Source: Burkholderiaceae bacterium
Lineage (GTDB): Bacteria > Pseudomonadota > Gammaproteobacteria > Burkholderiales > Burkholderiaceae_E
Assembly: GCA_021463505.1 (NCBI GenBank)
Contig: JAJTYR010000015.1
Span: 2,968 to 66,967, forward strand
Direction: 5' to 3'
DNA length: 64,000 nt
Part shown: positions 25,418 through 36,153 of the stretch, piece after piece
Numbering within the stretch: position 1 is the stretch's first letter
Layout: the number at the start of each line of letters is the position of its first letter
Notes under the pieces: model-generated
Told to the model about the DNA's origin: nothing
Databases searched by the model: none
The model's input: only the letters and a program-made list of their open reading frames with translations
Program-made: the position numbers and the translations under genes

Positions 25418-26512
25418 ATGAGCATCCAGGCACCCGAGTACGTCAGGGGAATTGCTCCGTACCAGGCCGGCAAGCCGATCTCCGAGCTGGCGCGCGAGTA
25501 CGGACTGCAACCCGAGCGCATCGTCAAGCTGGCGTCGAACGAGAATCCGCTGGGCATTCCCGGCTCGGCGCGCGACGCGATGGTTGCTGCGGCGGCCGAC
25601 CTCGGGCGCTATCCGGACGCCAACGGATTCGAGCTCAAGGAGGCGCTCTCGAAGCGCTTTGCGGTGCCCCAGGAATGGATCACGCTGGGCAACGGCTCGA
25701 ACGACATCCTCGAACTGGCCGCACACGCGCTGTTGCAACCGGGCGCCTCGGCGGTCTATTCGCAGTACTCGTTCGCCGTCTACGCGCTGGCCACCCAGGC
25801 GACCGGTGCGCGGGCGATCGTGGTGCCGGCGCGCGACCTCGGCCACGATCTCGACGCGATGCGCGCGGCCATCGCCGGGGACACGCGGCTGGTGTTCATC
25901 GCGAACCCGAACAACCCGACCGGCACCTTCCTGCCGTCCCATGCGATCGCCGCATTCCTGGAAAACGTGCCGCGCGACGTGGTCGTGGTGCTCGACGAGG
26001 CCTACAACGAGTACCTCGATCCTGCGCTGCGCTTCGACTCCACGCGCTGGCTGCGTGCCCATCCGAACCTGGTGATCTCGCGCACCTTCTCCAAGGCCTA
26101 CGGGCTGGCCGGCCTGCGGGTGGGTTTCGGTCTGGCGCAGGCCGAACTGACCGATCTGATGAATCGCGTGCGCCAGCCGTTCAACGTGAGCACGGTGGCG
26201 CAGGCCGCGGCGATCGCGGCGCTCGGCGACGTGGAGTTCCTTCGGCGCAGCTACGAGCTGAACCGGCAGGAACTGGCGCGGCTGCAGTCGGCGTTCGCGC
26301 GGATGGGCTTCGAGTATGTCCCCTCGCACGGCAACTTCGTGCTGGTGCGCGTCGGTGACGCCGGTGCCGTCTATGAGGGGCTGCTGCGCGCCGGCATCAT
26401 CGTGCGCCCGGTGGACAACTACGGCCTGCCGCAATGGCTGCGCGTGACGGTGGGGTTGCCCGCGGAGAACGAGGCTTTCCTCGAGGCATTCGCCCGCGTG
26501 ACGGGACGCTGA
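25418..26512 (+). CDS. hisC: Histidinol-phosphate/aromatic aminotransferase (HisC2-type)
   Basis: The start is MSIQAPEYVRGIAPYQAGKPI. KLASNENPLG, NPNNPTG and the PLP-lysine context SRTFSKAYGLAGLRVG are present. The position between pheA and tyrA fits. Confidence 0.9.
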   Translation: MSIQAPEYVRGIAPYQAGKPISELAREYGLQPERIVKLASNENPLGIPGSARDAMVAAAADLGRYPDANGFELKEALSKRFAVPQEWITLGNGSNDILELAAHALLQPGASAVYSQYSFAVYALATQATGARAIVVPARDLGHDLDAMRAAIAGDTRLVFIANPNNPTGTFLPSHAIAAFLENVPRDVVVVLDEAYNEYLDPALRFDSTRWLRAHPNLVISRTFSKAYGLAGLRVGFGLAQAELTDLMNRVRQPFNVSTVAQAAAIAALGDVEFLRRSYELNRQELARLQSAFARMGFEYVPSHGNFVLVRVGDAGAVYEGLLRAGIIVRPVDNYGLPQWLRVTVGLPAENEAFLEAFARVTGR

Positions 26513-26513
26513 A

Positions 26514-27383
26514 GTGCAGGCGGTGTCGCCGCTGGCCCAGCGGATCGCGATCCTCGGCGTCGGACTGATCGGCGGCTCGCTGGCTGCGGCGCTCAGGCGT
26601 GCCGGCGCGGTGGCGCAGGTGGTCGGCTATTCACCCAACGATGACGCGCGCGTCGCGCGCGCACTCGGCCACCTCGACGTGGCCTGCGACAGCGTCGCCG
26701 AGGCGGTCGCCGGCGCCGCGTTCGTGGTGGTCGCCGCGCCGGTCACGGCAATGCCGGAGCTGTTCGCACAGGTCCGCGACGTGCTCGGGGCGCAGGCGAT
26801 CCTCACCGATTGCGGCAGCACCAAGCGCAGCGTGATCGACGCGGCGCGGCGTGTGCTCGGCGACGCCTTCCTGCGCTTCGTGCCCGGGCACCCGATCGCA
26901 GGCTCCGAGCGCAGCGGACCGCAGGCGGCCGACCCGGGTCTGTTTCGCGGCCGGCGCTGGCTGCTGTGTCCGGTCGACAGCACCCCGCAGCAGCATTGCG
27001 AAGCGGTGAAGCGTCTGCTCGGGACGGTCGGCGCCCAGGTCTCGACGCTCGATCCGGCACTGCACGACAAGGTGTTCGCCGAGGCGTCGCACTGGCCGCA
27101 TGCGGTCGCGTTCGGCTTGTCGGCGGCGATCGCGGGTGGCGAACTGGCCGGGCAGGCGCTCGAATTCTCGGGGGCGGGCCTGCGCGACACGACGCGGGTT
27201 GGTGCGTCCGCGCCTGCGATGTGGGCCGACATCCTGCTCGACAATCGCGACGCCTGCCTGGCCTCGGCGGCGCGCTTTCGCGCGAGTAACGAGGCGATCG
27301 TCGCTGCGCTCGAAGCGCGCGACCGCGACGCGCTGCTGGCGATTCTCTCGACGGCCAGTCGCTGGCGCAACCAGCTTGGCTGA
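26514..27383 (+). CDS. tyrA: Prephenate dehydrogenase
   Basis: 289 aa with a GTG start. The Rossmann motif is IAILGVGLIGGSLA, and VPGHPIAGSE is present. Confidence 0.88.
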   Translation: MQAVSPLAQRIAILGVGLIGGSLAAALRRAGAVAQVVGYSPNDDARVARALGHLDVACDSVAEAVAGAAFVVVAAPVTAMPELFAQVRDVLGAQAILTDCGSTKRSVIDAARRVLGDAFLRFVPGHPIAGSERSGPQAADPGLFRGRRWLLCPVDSTPQQHCEAVKRLLGTVGAQVSTLDPALHDKVFAEASHWPHAVAFGLSAAIAGGELAGQALEFSGAGLRDTTRVGASAPAMWADILLDNRDACLASAARFRASNEAIVAALEARDRDALLAILSTASRWRNQLG

Positions 27384-27484
27384 GCGGCTGGTGCAACCAG
27401 CCCGGCCAGGTTCGCCCGTGCAAGCCTCACGGCCGGGGCAGCGGCCGCGTCTGCGGCACGCACCGGCCGGGCGTTGCGCGCCCG

Positions 27485-27790
27485 TCAGCGCCAGTCGGAT
27501 GCGGGGATGGACCGGGAGCGGCTCGCCTGGCCCCGCTGCACCTGTTTCACGTAGTACTCGCGCAGGTTGGCCATTTCAAGGGTGCATTCGAACGGAAAGC
27601 CCGCGCGCCCGCCGCGCTGGTCGATCAGCAACTCGTCCATCAGCTGCAGAAAGCGCCTCGGCACCTCCCATTCGGCAGCGATGCGCGCGAGCACGTGCGG
27701 AAATTGCGCTCGCGTGGCGGGCATCCGCAATGCGCGGGGCAGCGACGTGAACAGGCGTTCGGCGCGCCTGTCGGTGCTCTGTAGAATCAT
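27485..27790 (-). CDS. Small conserved hypothetical protein (~101 aa) encoded antisense between tyrA and aroA
   Basis: The ATG at 27790 has GAGG 7 nt upstream; the track ORF begins at GTG 27808. The core FPHVLARIAAEWEVPRRFLQLMDELLIDQRGGRAGFPFECTLEMANL resembles a recurrent proteobacterial motif (FP..I...W......L..D.R..R.GFP) of unknown function. Confidence 0.55.
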   Translation of the reverse strand: MILQSTDRRAERLFTSLPRALRMPATRAQFPHVLARIAAEWEVPRRFLQLMDELLIDQRGGRAGFPFECTLEMANLREYYVKQVQRGQASRSRSIPASDWR

Positions 27791-27854
27791 GGTTGCCTCG
27801 TCGTTCACGAGCGCAATCTAGCTCCGGCGCGCGGCGCGCCACAGGAAAAACTTC

Positions 27855-29180
27855 ATGTCCCGCAGTTTCCATGTCGCCCCGGGCGGCAGCCTGTCCGGAA
27901 TTCTCCGTGTGCCCGGGGACAAGTCGATCTCGCATCGTGCGGTCATGCTCGGTGCGATCGCCGACGGCGTGACCGAAATCACGGGCTTCCTGGAGGGCGC
28001 CGACGCGATCTCGACGATGCAGATCGTGCGTGCGCTGGGCGTGTGCGTCGACGGCCCGCGCGCCGGCCGCGTCACGGTGCACGGCGTGGGCCTTCACGGA
28101 CTGCGTGCGCCGGGGACGTCCCTCGATTGCGGCAATGCCGGCACCGCGATGCGCCTGCTGATGGGGTTGCTCGCGGGCCAGCGCTTCGAATCGACGCTGG
28201 TGGGTGACGAGAGCCTGTCGAAGCGGCCGATGCGCCGCGTCGCCGAGCCGCTGGCCGCAATGGGCGCGCGCATCGAGACGCGTGACGGCTGTCCGCCGGT
28301 GCGCATCCTGCCGGTCGCGGCGCTCCACGGGCTGCGCTACCCGATGCCGATGGCCAGCGCGCAGGTGAAGTCGGCACTGCTGCTGGCAGGGCTCTACGCC
28401 CGCGGTGTGACGACCGTGATCGAACCGGCTCCCACGCGCGACCACACCGAGCGCATGCTCGGCGGCTTCGGTGTCGTGGTGCAGCGCGACGGTGCGGCGG
28501 TCAGCGTCCGCGGCGGCCAGCCATTGCGCGCCACCGCGATCGACGTGCCGGCGGACATTTCGTCGGCGGCGTTTTTCCTGGTGGGCGCATCGATCGCTCC
28601 CGGTTCCGACCTGATCGTCGAGCACGTCGGCATGAATCCGACGCGCACCGGCGTGATCGACATCCTGCGGCTGATGGGCGCCGACATCGAGGTGTGCAAC
28701 GAGCGCGAGGTCGGCGGCGAACCGGTCGCCGACCTGCGGGTGCGTGCCGCGCCGCTGCACGGGGCTGTGGTGCCGCCGCAACTGGTTGCGCCGGCAATCG
28801 ACGAGTTTCCGGCGCTGTTCGTGGCAGCGGCCTGTGCGCGCGGGCGCACCGTGATCACCGGCGCTGCCGAGTTGCGCGTCAAGGAGTCCGATCGAATCGC
28901 GGTGATGGCCGAGGGCCTGCGCGTGCTCGGCGTCGAGGCGACGCCGACGCCCGACGGCATGGTGATCGAAGGCCGCGGCGAGCGCGCATCGGCGTTCGTG
29001 CGGGGCGCGGTGCAGGCGCACGGCGATCACCGCATCGCCATGTCGTTCGCGATCGCGGCGCTGCGCGCCGAGGGCGAACTTGTCGTACACGACGCCGCCA
29101 ACGTGGCCACGTCGTTCCCGGGGTTCGAGGCGCTGGCGCGTTCGGCGGGCCTGCGCATCGAAGGGCGCCCGCAGGCGTGA
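27855..29180 (+). CDS. aroA: 3-phosphoshikimate 1-carboxyvinyltransferase (EPSP synthase)
   Basis: 441 aa. [41 protein letters not shown] and DHRIAMSFA are present. Confidence 0.96.
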   Translation: MSRSFHVAPGGSLSGILRVPGDKSISHRAVMLGAIADGVTEITGFLEGADAISTMQIVRALGVCVDGPRAGRVTVHGVGLHGLRAPGTSLDCGNAGTAMRLLMGLLAGQRFESTLVGDESLSKRPMRRVAEPLAAMGARIETRDGCPPVRILPVAALHGLRYPMPMASAQVKSALLLAGLYARGVTTVIEPAPTRDHTERMLGGFGVVVQRDGAAVSVRGGQPLRATAIDVPADISSAAFFLVGASIAPGSDLIVEHVGMNPTRTGVIDILRLMGADIEVCNEREVGGEPVADLRVRAAPLHGAVVPPQLVAPAIDEFPALFVAAACARGRTVITGAAELRVKESDRIAVMAEGLRVLGVEATPTPDGMVIEGRGERASAFVRGAVQAHGDHRIAMSFAIAALRAEGELVVHDAANVATSFPGFEALARSAGLRIEGRPQA

Positions 29181-29854
29181 GCGGGTTGCAGGCTCTGGCG
29201 CCGCTGATCGCGATCGACGGCCCCACCGCCTCGGGCAAGGGCACGGTCGCGCAACGGGTCGCGCACGCGCTCGGTTGGGCCCACCTGGATTCCGGGGCGC
29301 TCTACCGGATGTGCGCGCTGGCGGCGCTGCGCGGCGGCATTGCGCTGGACGACGAAGCGGGACTCGCGGCGCTCGCCGGTGCGCTGCCGGTGCGCTTCGG
29401 CGATGGCGGGCTCGAACTCGGCGGCGAGGACGTGACCGAGGCGATTCGCGACGAGGCGGTGGGCAGTGCAGCGTCGCGGATTGCCGCGCTGCCGGCGCTG
29501 CGTGCCGCACTGCTCGGTCTGCAGCGCGATTGCCGGCGCCCGCCCGGGCTGGTGGCCGACGGACGCGACATGGGCACCGTGGTGTTTCCCGATGCGACCG
29601 TGAAGATCTTTCTCACCGCGAGCGCCGGGTCGCGCGCCGAGCGGCGGCATAAGCAGTTGATCGAAAAGGGGTTTTCTGCTAATCTCGCCGACCTTTTACG
29701 GGATCTGCAACAACGCGACGAACGCGACTCGAAGCGCGCCGTCGCACCGCTCAGGCCCGCGCAAGGCGCGGTGGTGATCGACTCCACGCACCTGGACATC
29801 GACGAGACGGTCGCGCAGGTGCTCAGGGTCTATCGCCATCGTGTGCGACGCTGA
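29177..29854 (+). CDS. cmk: Cytidylate kinase
   Basis: The GTG start overlaps the aroA stop (GTGA). The P-loop [13 protein letters not shown] is followed by LDSGALYR and [15 protein letters not shown]. Confidence 0.9.
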   Translation: MSGLQALAPLIAIDGPTASGKGTVAQRVAHALGWAHLDSGALYRMCALAALRGGIALDDEAGLAALAGALPVRFGDGGLELGGEDVTEAIRDEAVGSAASRIAALPALRAALLGLQRDCRRPPGLVADGRDMGTVVFPDATVKIFLTASAGSRAERRHKQLIEKGFSANLADLLRDLQQRDERDSKRAVAPLRPAQGAVVIDSTHLDIDETVAQVLRVYRHRVRR

Positions 29855-30055
29855 TCGGCCCGCACGGGCTGGCGGCGACGTGATCCGGACCGCCACGGAT
29901 CGAGGGAACCGGGTTCCCGGGCGGAAGGGGCCCGCCGCTCGCGGCGGGATCAGCGTCAACTCCGCTGGGTTGCCGCCCGGCGCGCGCTGCGAACTCATCG
30001 TCGGTGCGTGCGCCGGAATCGGCCATCCGGCGTGTCTTGAAGAACGGGAACCATT

Positions 30056-31765
30056 TTGACTACCGCAACCGCAATATCGGCTCCGGCCGAAAGTTTTGCC
30101 CAGCTGTTCGAAGAATCCCTGTCGCGCCAGGAAATGCGCCAGGGCGAAGTCATCACCGCCGAGGTGATGCGCATCGACCACAACTTCGTCGTGGTCAACG
30201 CCGGGTTGAAGTCCGAGAGCTTCATTCCGATCGAGGAATTCCACAACGACCGCGGCGAACTCGATGTCCGGGCCGGCGACTTCGTGTCGGTGGCGATCGA
30301 GGCGCTCGAAGACGGCTATGGCGAGACGCGTCTGTCGCGCGACCGCGCCAAGCGCCTGTCGGCCTGGATCAGCCTGGAGAAGGCGCTCGAGTCCGGCGAG
30401 CACGTCGACGGCACCATCACCGGCAAGGTCAAGGGCGGCCTCACCGTCATGACCAACGGCATCCGCGCGTTCCTGCCGGGGTCGCTGATCGACACGCGCC
30501 CGGTCAAGGACACCACCCCTTACGAGGGCAAGACCCTCGAGTTCAAGGTCATCAAGCTCGACCGCAAGCGCAACAACGTGGTGCTGTCGCGCCGCGCGGT
30601 GGTCGAGCTCACGCAGGGCGAGGAGCGCGCCAGGCTGCTCGAGACGCTGCACGAGGGCGCCATCGTCCACGGCGTGGTCAAGAACATCACCGACTACGGC
30701 GCGTTCATCGACCTCGGCGGCATCGACGGGCTGCTGCACATCACCGACATGGCCTGGCGCCGCGTGCGTCATCCGTCCGAGGTGCTGCAGGTGGGCCAGG
30801 AAGTCACCGCCAAGGTGCTGAAGTTCGACCAGGAAAAGAACCGTGTCTCGCTCGGCGTCAAGCAACTCGGTGACGATCCGTGGGTCGGCATCGGCCGGCG
30901 CTATCCGCAGGGCACGCGCATGTTCGGCAAGATCACCAACATCACCGACTACGGAGCGTTCGTCGAGATCGAGCCGGGCATCGAAGGGCTGGTGCACGTC
31001 TCCGAGATGGACTGGACCAACAAGAACGTCAATCCGGGCAAGATCGTCGCGCTCGGCGACGAGGTCGAAGTGATGGTGCTCGAGATCGACGAAGATCGTC
31101 GTCGAATCTCGCTGGGGATGAAGCAGTGCCGGCCGAACCCGTGGGAAGAGTTCGCCGACAACCATCGCAAGGGCGACAGGGTGCGCGGCACGATCAAGTC
31201 GATCACCGACTTCGGCGTGTTCATCGGTCTGCCCGGCGGCATCGACGGCCTGGTGCACCTGTCCGACCTGTCGTGGCACAGCCCGGGCGAAGAGGCGGTG
31301 CGCAACTTCAAGAAGGGCGACGATGTCGAGGCCATGGTGCTGGCGATCGACACCGAGCGCGAGCGCATCTCGCTGGGCGTCAAGCAGCTCGAAGGCGACC
31401 CGTTCAGCAACTATGCCGCCACCCACGAGAAGGGCGTGGTGGTCAAGGGCATCGTCAGGAGCGTCGATCCGAAAGGTGCGGTCATCGACCTGGGCGGCGA
31501 CGTCGAGGGGTACCTGCGCGCCTCCGAGATCTCGCGCGACCGGGTGGAAGACGCGCGCAACCACCTGAAGGAAGGCGAGGAAGTCGAGGCGATGATCGTC
31601 AACGTCGACCGGAAGAATCGCTCGATCAACCTGTCGCTGAAGGCGCGCGACACGGCCGAGACCGCCGAGGCGCTGCAGCGGATCCAGGCCGAAAGCGGTG
31701 CGGCCAGCGGCACGACGAACCTCGGGGCGCTGCTGCGCGCCAAGCTCGACACGCCGAAGGAGTGA
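30056..31765 (+). CDS. rpsA: 30S ribosomal protein S1
   Basis: 569 aa with six S1 repeats (e.g. [55 protein letters not shown]). The apparent start codon is TTG. Confidence 0.96.
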   Translation: MTTATAISAPAESFAQLFEESLSRQEMRQGEVITAEVMRIDHNFVVVNAGLKSESFIPIEEFHNDRGELDVRAGDFVSVAIEALEDGYGETRLSRDRAKRLSAWISLEKALESGEHVDGTITGKVKGGLTVMTNGIRAFLPGSLIDTRPVKDTTPYEGKTLEFKVIKLDRKRNNVVLSRRAVVELTQGEERARLLETLHEGAIVHGVVKNITDYGAFIDLGGIDGLLHITDMAWRRVRHPSEVLQVGQEVTAKVLKFDQEKNRVSLGVKQLGDDPWVGIGRRYPQGTRMFGKITNITDYGAFVEIEPGIEGLVHVSEMDWTNKNVNPGKIVALGDEVEVMVLEIDEDRRRISLGMKQCRPNPWEEFADNHRKGDRVRGTIKSITDFGVFIGLPGGIDGLVHLSDLSWHSPGEEAVRNFKKGDDVEAMVLAIDTERERISLGVKQLEGDPFSNYAATHEKGVVVKGIVRSVDPKGAVIDLGGDVEGYLRASEISRDRVEDARNHLKEGEEVEAMIVNVDRKNRSINLSLKARDTAETAEALQRIQAESGAASGTTNLGALLRAKLDTPKE

Positions 31766-31770
31766 GAACC

Positions 31771-31832
31771 GCCGCGGGTACCGGGGTGCGTCCCGCCGGC
31801 GTCCGGCGGTGAGGCGCGCCCGGTACCGCGGC
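31771..31832 (+). other. Nested GC-rich stem-loop just 3' of rpsA, a possible attenuator, terminator or processing site with no U-tract
   Basis: The outer arms are GCCGCGGGTACCGGG (31771-31785) and CCCGGTACCGCGGC (31819-31832), with one bulge. The inner hairpin is CCGCCGG-CGT-CCGGCGG (31792-31808). Confidence 0.45.
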
Positions 31833-31923
31833 CTGACGCGGTCACGGGTGCTGGAGGCGGATGGGGCCCATGGAGATCCGGTCTGACGACGGCAGCCTTG
31901 CGGGTGAGGCCGCGCAACCGACG

Positions 31924-32223
31924 ATGACCAAGTCGGAGCTGATCGCGCGGCTCGCCGAGCGCTATCCGCAACTGGTTGCCAAGGACGCCGAGTTCGCCGT
32001 CAAGACCATCCTCGACGCAATGGCGCGCACGCTCGCCGACGGTCGGCGCATCGAGATCCGCGGCTTCGGCAGTTTCGCGTTGTCGCATCGTCCGCCGCGC
32101 GTCGGGCGCAATCCGAAGTCGGGCGAGAGGGTGCTGGTGCCCGAGAAGCGCGTGCCGCACTTCAAACCGGGGAAGGAACTGCGCGAGCGGGTCGACGGCA
32201 ATTCCCCGAAAGACGCAGCCTGA
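31924..32223 (+). CDS. ihfB: Integration host factor subunit beta
   Basis: The internal ATG gives [70 protein letters not shown]. Confidence 0.95.
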   Translation: MTKSELIARLAERYPQLVAKDAEFAVKTILDAMARTLADGRRIEIRGFGSFALSHRPPRVGRNPKSGERVLVPEKRVPHFKPGKELRERVDGNSPKDAA

Positions 32224-32349
32224 TTGGCGACGGCGCCTGCGCACGAGCCATGGCCTTGCGGCCGAGGCGCCGGGCCGATCCTCCTGCTTGCCACTCCGAC
32301 GCTCCCGTCGGTCAGAATAGCGTTCTGCCTGGACCGATCGGAGCCGTCG

Positions 32350-32679
32350 ATGCGAGTCGTCACCTGGCTTTTCAACCTGATGCTGTTCCTGCTCGCCCTG
32401 GGGTTCGCGCTGTCGAACACCGCGACCGTCGAATTGCGGTTTCTCCCGGGCGAGCTGGTGTGGCGCGCCCCGCTGGTCGTCTTCCTGCTGATCTTCCTGG
32501 CGGCCGGGGTCGTGCTCGGTCTGCTCGGCGCGGTGCCGTCGCTGTTTCGCCAGCGTCGCGAGATCGCGCGGTTGACGAAGGAGTTGCGCCACGCCGGCCG
32601 GCCCGCCGCACCCGCCCAGGCGCCTGCGCCGCCGGTGGCCGACCCCGCCAGCGGCGCCTCGGTCGGCCTGGGCGTCTAG
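32350..32679 (+). CDS. lapA: LapA-family (DUF1049) lipopolysaccharide assembly protein A
   Basis: The internal ATG gives MRVVTWLFNLMLFLLALGFALSNTATVELRFLPGE. Two TM segments are predicted, and the gene sits upstream of lapB. Confidence 0.8.
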   Translation: MRVVTWLFNLMLFLLALGFALSNTATVELRFLPGELVWRAPLVVFLLIFLAAGVVLGLLGAVPSLFRQRREIARLTKELRHAGRPAAPAQAPAPPVADPASGASVGLGV

Positions 32680-32699
32680 CTGAGCCCGCGGGTGCGTTC

Positions 32700-33896
32700 A
32701 TGCTCGAGTTCGAGGCCTGGTGGTTGCTGGCGATTCCGCTGTTCTTCGGGCTCGGCTGGTTCGCTGCGCGCTACGAGGCTGCACTCGGGCGCAGCGGGCG
32801 GCGCCGCGATGGCGCGGGGCTGCCCGACGCCTACTTCCGCGGCCTGAACTTCCTGCTCAACGAGCAATCGGACAAGGCGATCGACGCGTTCATCGACGTG
32901 GTCCGCCTGGACCCCGAGACCGTCGATCTGCACTTTGCGCTCGGCAACCTGTTTCGTCGCCGCGGCGAGACCGACCGCGCGATCCGTGTGCACCTGAACC
33001 TCGTCGAGCGCGGCGGTCTCGATGCGTTGCAGCGCGAGCACGCGCTGTTCGAGCTGGGCCAGGACTACCTGAAGGCCGGCCTGCTCGACCGCGCGGAAGA
33101 CGCGTTCGTGCGCCTCGAGGGTACCCGCTACGGCGCGCCGGCACTGCACCATCGCCTCGAAATCGCGCAGATGGTGCGCGACTGGCCGCTCGCGATCAGG
33201 CTGGCCGAGCGCCTGCAGCGCGACCGCGGCGAGAATCGCGCGCGCGACATCGCGCATTTTCGCTGCGAGCTCGCAGCGCGTGCGCTGGCGGGCGAGTCGG
33301 GATCGCGCTTCGATCATGCACGGCGCGAACTCGACCAGGCGCAGCAGGTCGACGCGAGCCACCCGCGGCCCCGGTTGCTGCGCGGCGAGGTGGCGGCCGC
33401 CGAAGGCGATCACGCGGCGGCGATCGAGGCATGGCGCGGCGTGGAGCGCGACAGCCCGGAATGGCTGGCGCTGGTCGCGCCCGGCTGGCTGGCGGCGTTC
33501 ACCGCGCTCGGTCGCCGCGACGAGGGCATCGACGCCCTGGAAGCGGTACACCGCGAGCATCCGTCGATCGACGCGTTCACCGCACTGGCGACAGCCCGCG
33601 CCGAGCGCGATGGTGGCGCCGCATCGGTGGCATGGGCCGAGCAGGCCCTGCAGGCGGCGCCGTCGCTGCTCGGGCTGGAGAGGCTGCTGGCGATGAAGGC
33701 CGCGTTGCGGCGCAGCGACGAACAAGCCGAGGTCGAACTGGCGCAGCGGCTGATCCAGGCGCAGGCGCGCCGGCTGTCGCGCTACGTCTGCAGCCATTGC
33801 GGCTTCAAGGCGCGCCAGTTCTACTGGCAGTGCCCGGGGTGCAACCGCTGGGACACCTATGCACCGAGGCGCAGCGAGGAGCTCGAACGTGGCTGA
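32700..33896 (+). CDS. lapB: Lipopolysaccharide assembly protein B (TPR protein with a C-terminal rubredoxin-like zinc finger)
   Basis: It starts MLEFEAWWLLAIPLFFGLGWF (N-terminal TM). TPR repeats follow, and the C-terminus is YVCSHCGFKARQFYWQCPGCNRWDTY. Confidence 0.9.
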   Translation: MLEFEAWWLLAIPLFFGLGWFAARYEAALGRSGRRRDGAGLPDAYFRGLNFLLNEQSDKAIDAFIDVVRLDPETVDLHFALGNLFRRRGETDRAIRVHLNLVERGGLDALQREHALFELGQDYLKAGLLDRAEDAFVRLEGTRYGAPALHHRLEIAQMVRDWPLAIRLAERLQRDRGENRARDIAHFRCELAARALAGESGSRFDHARRELDQAQQVDASHPRPRLLRGEVAAAEGDHAAAIEAWRGVERDSPEWLALVAPGWLAAFTALGRRDEGIDALEAVHREHPSIDAFTALATARAERDGGAASVAWAEQALQAAPSLLGLERLLAMKAALRRSDEQAEVELAQRLIQAQARRLSRYVCSHCGFKARQFYWQCPGCNRWDTYAPRRSEELERG

Positions 33897-34824
33897 GACA
33901 GAACCGCGCATCGATTTCACGCGCGCGCGCCTGCTGGTGGTGGGTGACCTGATGCTCGATCGCTACTGGTTCGGTGACGTACAGCGGATCTCCCCCGAGG
34001 CGCCGGTGCCGGTGGTGCGCGTCACGCGCAGCGACGAGCGGCTCGGCGGTGCGGCCAACGTTGCATTCAACGCGGCCTGCCTGGGCGTGCGCGCAGTGCT
34101 GGTCGGCGCGATCGGCGAGGACGAACCGGGCCGGCGCATCGAAGCGCTGGCGCGCGAGCACGGCATCGCCCTGCGAGCGACGCACGACCCGCAACTGGCC
34201 ACCACGATCAAGTTGCGCGTGATCGGTCGCCAGCAGCAACTGCTGCGCGTCGACTTCGAGCAGGCGCCCGGGCCCGAGGCGCTGGCGCAGACGTTCGAGG
34301 CAGCGCGTGCCGCCATCGACCAGGCGGACGTGGTGGTGCTGTCCGACTATGGAAAGGGGGTGCTGGTGCAGATCGAGCGCATCGTTGCGCTGGCACGCGT
34401 GGCCGGGCGGATCGTCATCGCCGACCCCAAGGGGGACGATTACGCGCGCTACGCCGGCGTCACCGTGCTCACGCCGAACCGCGGCGAATTGCGCGAAGTC
34501 GTCGGCACCTGGCGCGACGAAGCCGATCTCGCCGCGCGCGCGCAGGCATTGCGCCGCTCGCTCGGGGTGCGCCACCTGCTGCTGACCCGCTCCGAGGAAG
34601 GCATGACGCTGTTCTCCGACGATGGCGTGCTCGACGTGCCCGCGCAGGCGCGCGAGGTCTACGACGTCTCGGGTGCGGGCGACACCGTGGTGGCGGTACT
34701 GGCGTCGATGCTCGCGGCCGGTCGACCGATTGCGCAGGCAGTCGCGCTGGCCAATCGCGCCGCCGGAATCGTCGTCGGCAAGCTGGGTACCGCGGCGGTC
34801 ACACCGCAGGAGTTGTTTGCGTGA
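33889..34824 (+). CDS. hldA: D-glycero-beta-D-manno-heptose-7-phosphate kinase (RfaE domain I)
   Basis: [28 protein letters not shown] and the PfkB-family motif DVSGAGDTV are present. The GTG start overlaps the lapB stop. Confidence 0.88.
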   Translation: MAETEPRIDFTRARLLVVGDLMLDRYWFGDVQRISPEAPVPVVRVTRSDERLGGAANVAFNAACLGVRAVLVGAIGEDEPGRRIEALAREHGIALRATHDPQLATTIKLRVIGRQQQLLRVDFEQAPGPEALAQTFEAARAAIDQADVVVLSDYGKGVLVQIERIVALARVAGRIVIADPKGDDYARYAGVTVLTPNRGELREVVGTWRDEADLAARAQALRRSLGVRHLLLTRSEEGMTLFSDDGVLDVPAQAREVYDVSGAGDTVVAVLASMLAAGRPIAQAVALANRAAGIVVGKLGTAAVTPQELFA

Positions 34825-35147
34825 AGACCGCCGCCGTGCGGCGTGCGATCGCTGCCGCCTTGCTCGGCCTGTCCTGTGCCGGCGCGCCGCTGGCGCTCGA
34901 CGTCAACACCGCCACCCGGGACGAGTTGCAGACCATTCGCGGCGTCGGCCCGGTCCTGTCGGCGCGGATCGTCGAGGCGCGTCGGGCAGGGCGGTTCACC
35001 GATCTGGAAGACCTGAAGACGAGGGTGCGCGGCATCGGCGACGCGAACCTGCGCCGCATGCGCGAAGCCGGTCTCCGGGTGGGGCCGTCCGGACGCGCCG
35101 ACGCGGTGCCCACCTATACCGGCCAGCCGGCCGCGGCACGCCGTTAG
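34821..35147 (+). CDS. ComEA-family helix-hairpin-helix DNA-binding protein (secreted)
   Basis: 108 aa. A signal peptide is followed by [29 protein letters not shown]...[22 protein letters not shown]. Confidence 0.8.
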   Translation: MKTAAVRRAIAAALLGLSCAGAPLALDVNTATRDELQTIRGVGPVLSARIVEARRAGRFTDLEDLKTRVRGIGDANLRRMREAGLRVGPSGRADAVPTYTGQPAAARR

Positions 35148-35176
35148 CGTACCGGGCGCGACACGCGACGCCGCGC

Positions 35177-36100
35177 ATGCCTTTTCACTTCGACCGCCGT
35201 GCCGGCATGCCGGCGTCAGGGGATCCGCAGCGCCCGCCCGGACTCAGGCAGCGCGCAGGCCTGTACTGGCGCCTCACGCGGATGCACCGGCCGATCGGCA
35301 CGCTGCTGTTGCTGTGGCCCACGCTTGCGGCGCTGTTCATTGCCTCGCGCGGCTGGCCCGATCCGTACCTGCTGTTCGCTTTCTCGCTGGGCACGCTTTT
35401 GATGCGCTCGGCCGGTTGCGCGATCAACGACTGGGCCGACCGCGACTTCGACCGGCACGTCGCGCGCACGCGCGACCGCCCGCTCACCGCCGGTGCAATC
35501 GAACCCTGGGAGGCAGTGGCGGTGTTCGTCGCGCTTTCGCTGGTGGCACTGATGCTGGTCGTGCCGATGAACCCGCTGACCTGGGCGCTCGCAGCGGTGG
35601 CGGCATTCCTGGCCGTCAGCTATCCGTTCACCAAGCGCTTCCTCGCGCTGCCGCAGGCCTATCTCGGCATTGCGTTCGGGTTCGGCATACCGATGGCCTT
35701 CGCGGCGGTCCGCAACGAACTGCCGGTGGCGGCCTGGACGATGCTGGTGTCGAACGTCTTCTGGGCACTGGCCTACGACACCGAGTATGCGATGGTCGAT
35801 CGCGACGACGACCTGAAGATCGGCATTCGCACCGCGGCGATCACGTTCGGCCGCTTCGACGTCGTCGCGGTGATGATCTGCTACGCGGCCACCGTCGCGC
35901 TGCTCGCCGCGGTCGGCCGCATCGAGGGGCTCGGAGCGGCGTACTTCGCGGGGTTGGCGGTGGCGGCAGGCATCGCGACCTATCACTACACACTGATTCG
36001 CGAGCGCGGCCGCGACGGATGCTTCCGGGCGTTCAACCACAACAACTGGTTCGGCGCCGCCGTATTCGGCGGTGTGTTCGCGAGCTACCTCGCCGGCTGA
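35177..36100 (+). CDS. ubiA: 4-hydroxybenzoate polyprenyltransferase
   Basis: [21 protein letters not shown], the Asp-rich NDWADRDFD, and [17 protein letters not shown] are present. The start is ATG 35177, with 35207 as the alternative. Confidence 0.9.
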   Translation: MPFHFDRRAGMPASGDPQRPPGLRQRAGLYWRLTRMHRPIGTLLLLWPTLAALFIASRGWPDPYLLFAFSLGTLLMRSAGCAINDWADRDFDRHVARTRDRPLTAGAIEPWEAVAVFVALSLVALMLVVPMNPLTWALAAVAAFLAVSYPFTKRFLALPQAYLGIAFGFGIPMAFAAVRNELPVAAWTMLVSNVFWALAYDTEYAMVDRDDDLKIGIRTAAITFGRFDVVAVMICYAATVALLAAVGRIEGLGAAYFAGLAVAAGIATYHYTLIRERGRDGCFRAFNHNNWFGAAVFGGVFASYLAG

Positions 36101-36153
36101 GCGCCGCGCCCGCAGGTGAATGCCGGCGCGATGGCACTGCCGCCGGGCCCGGT

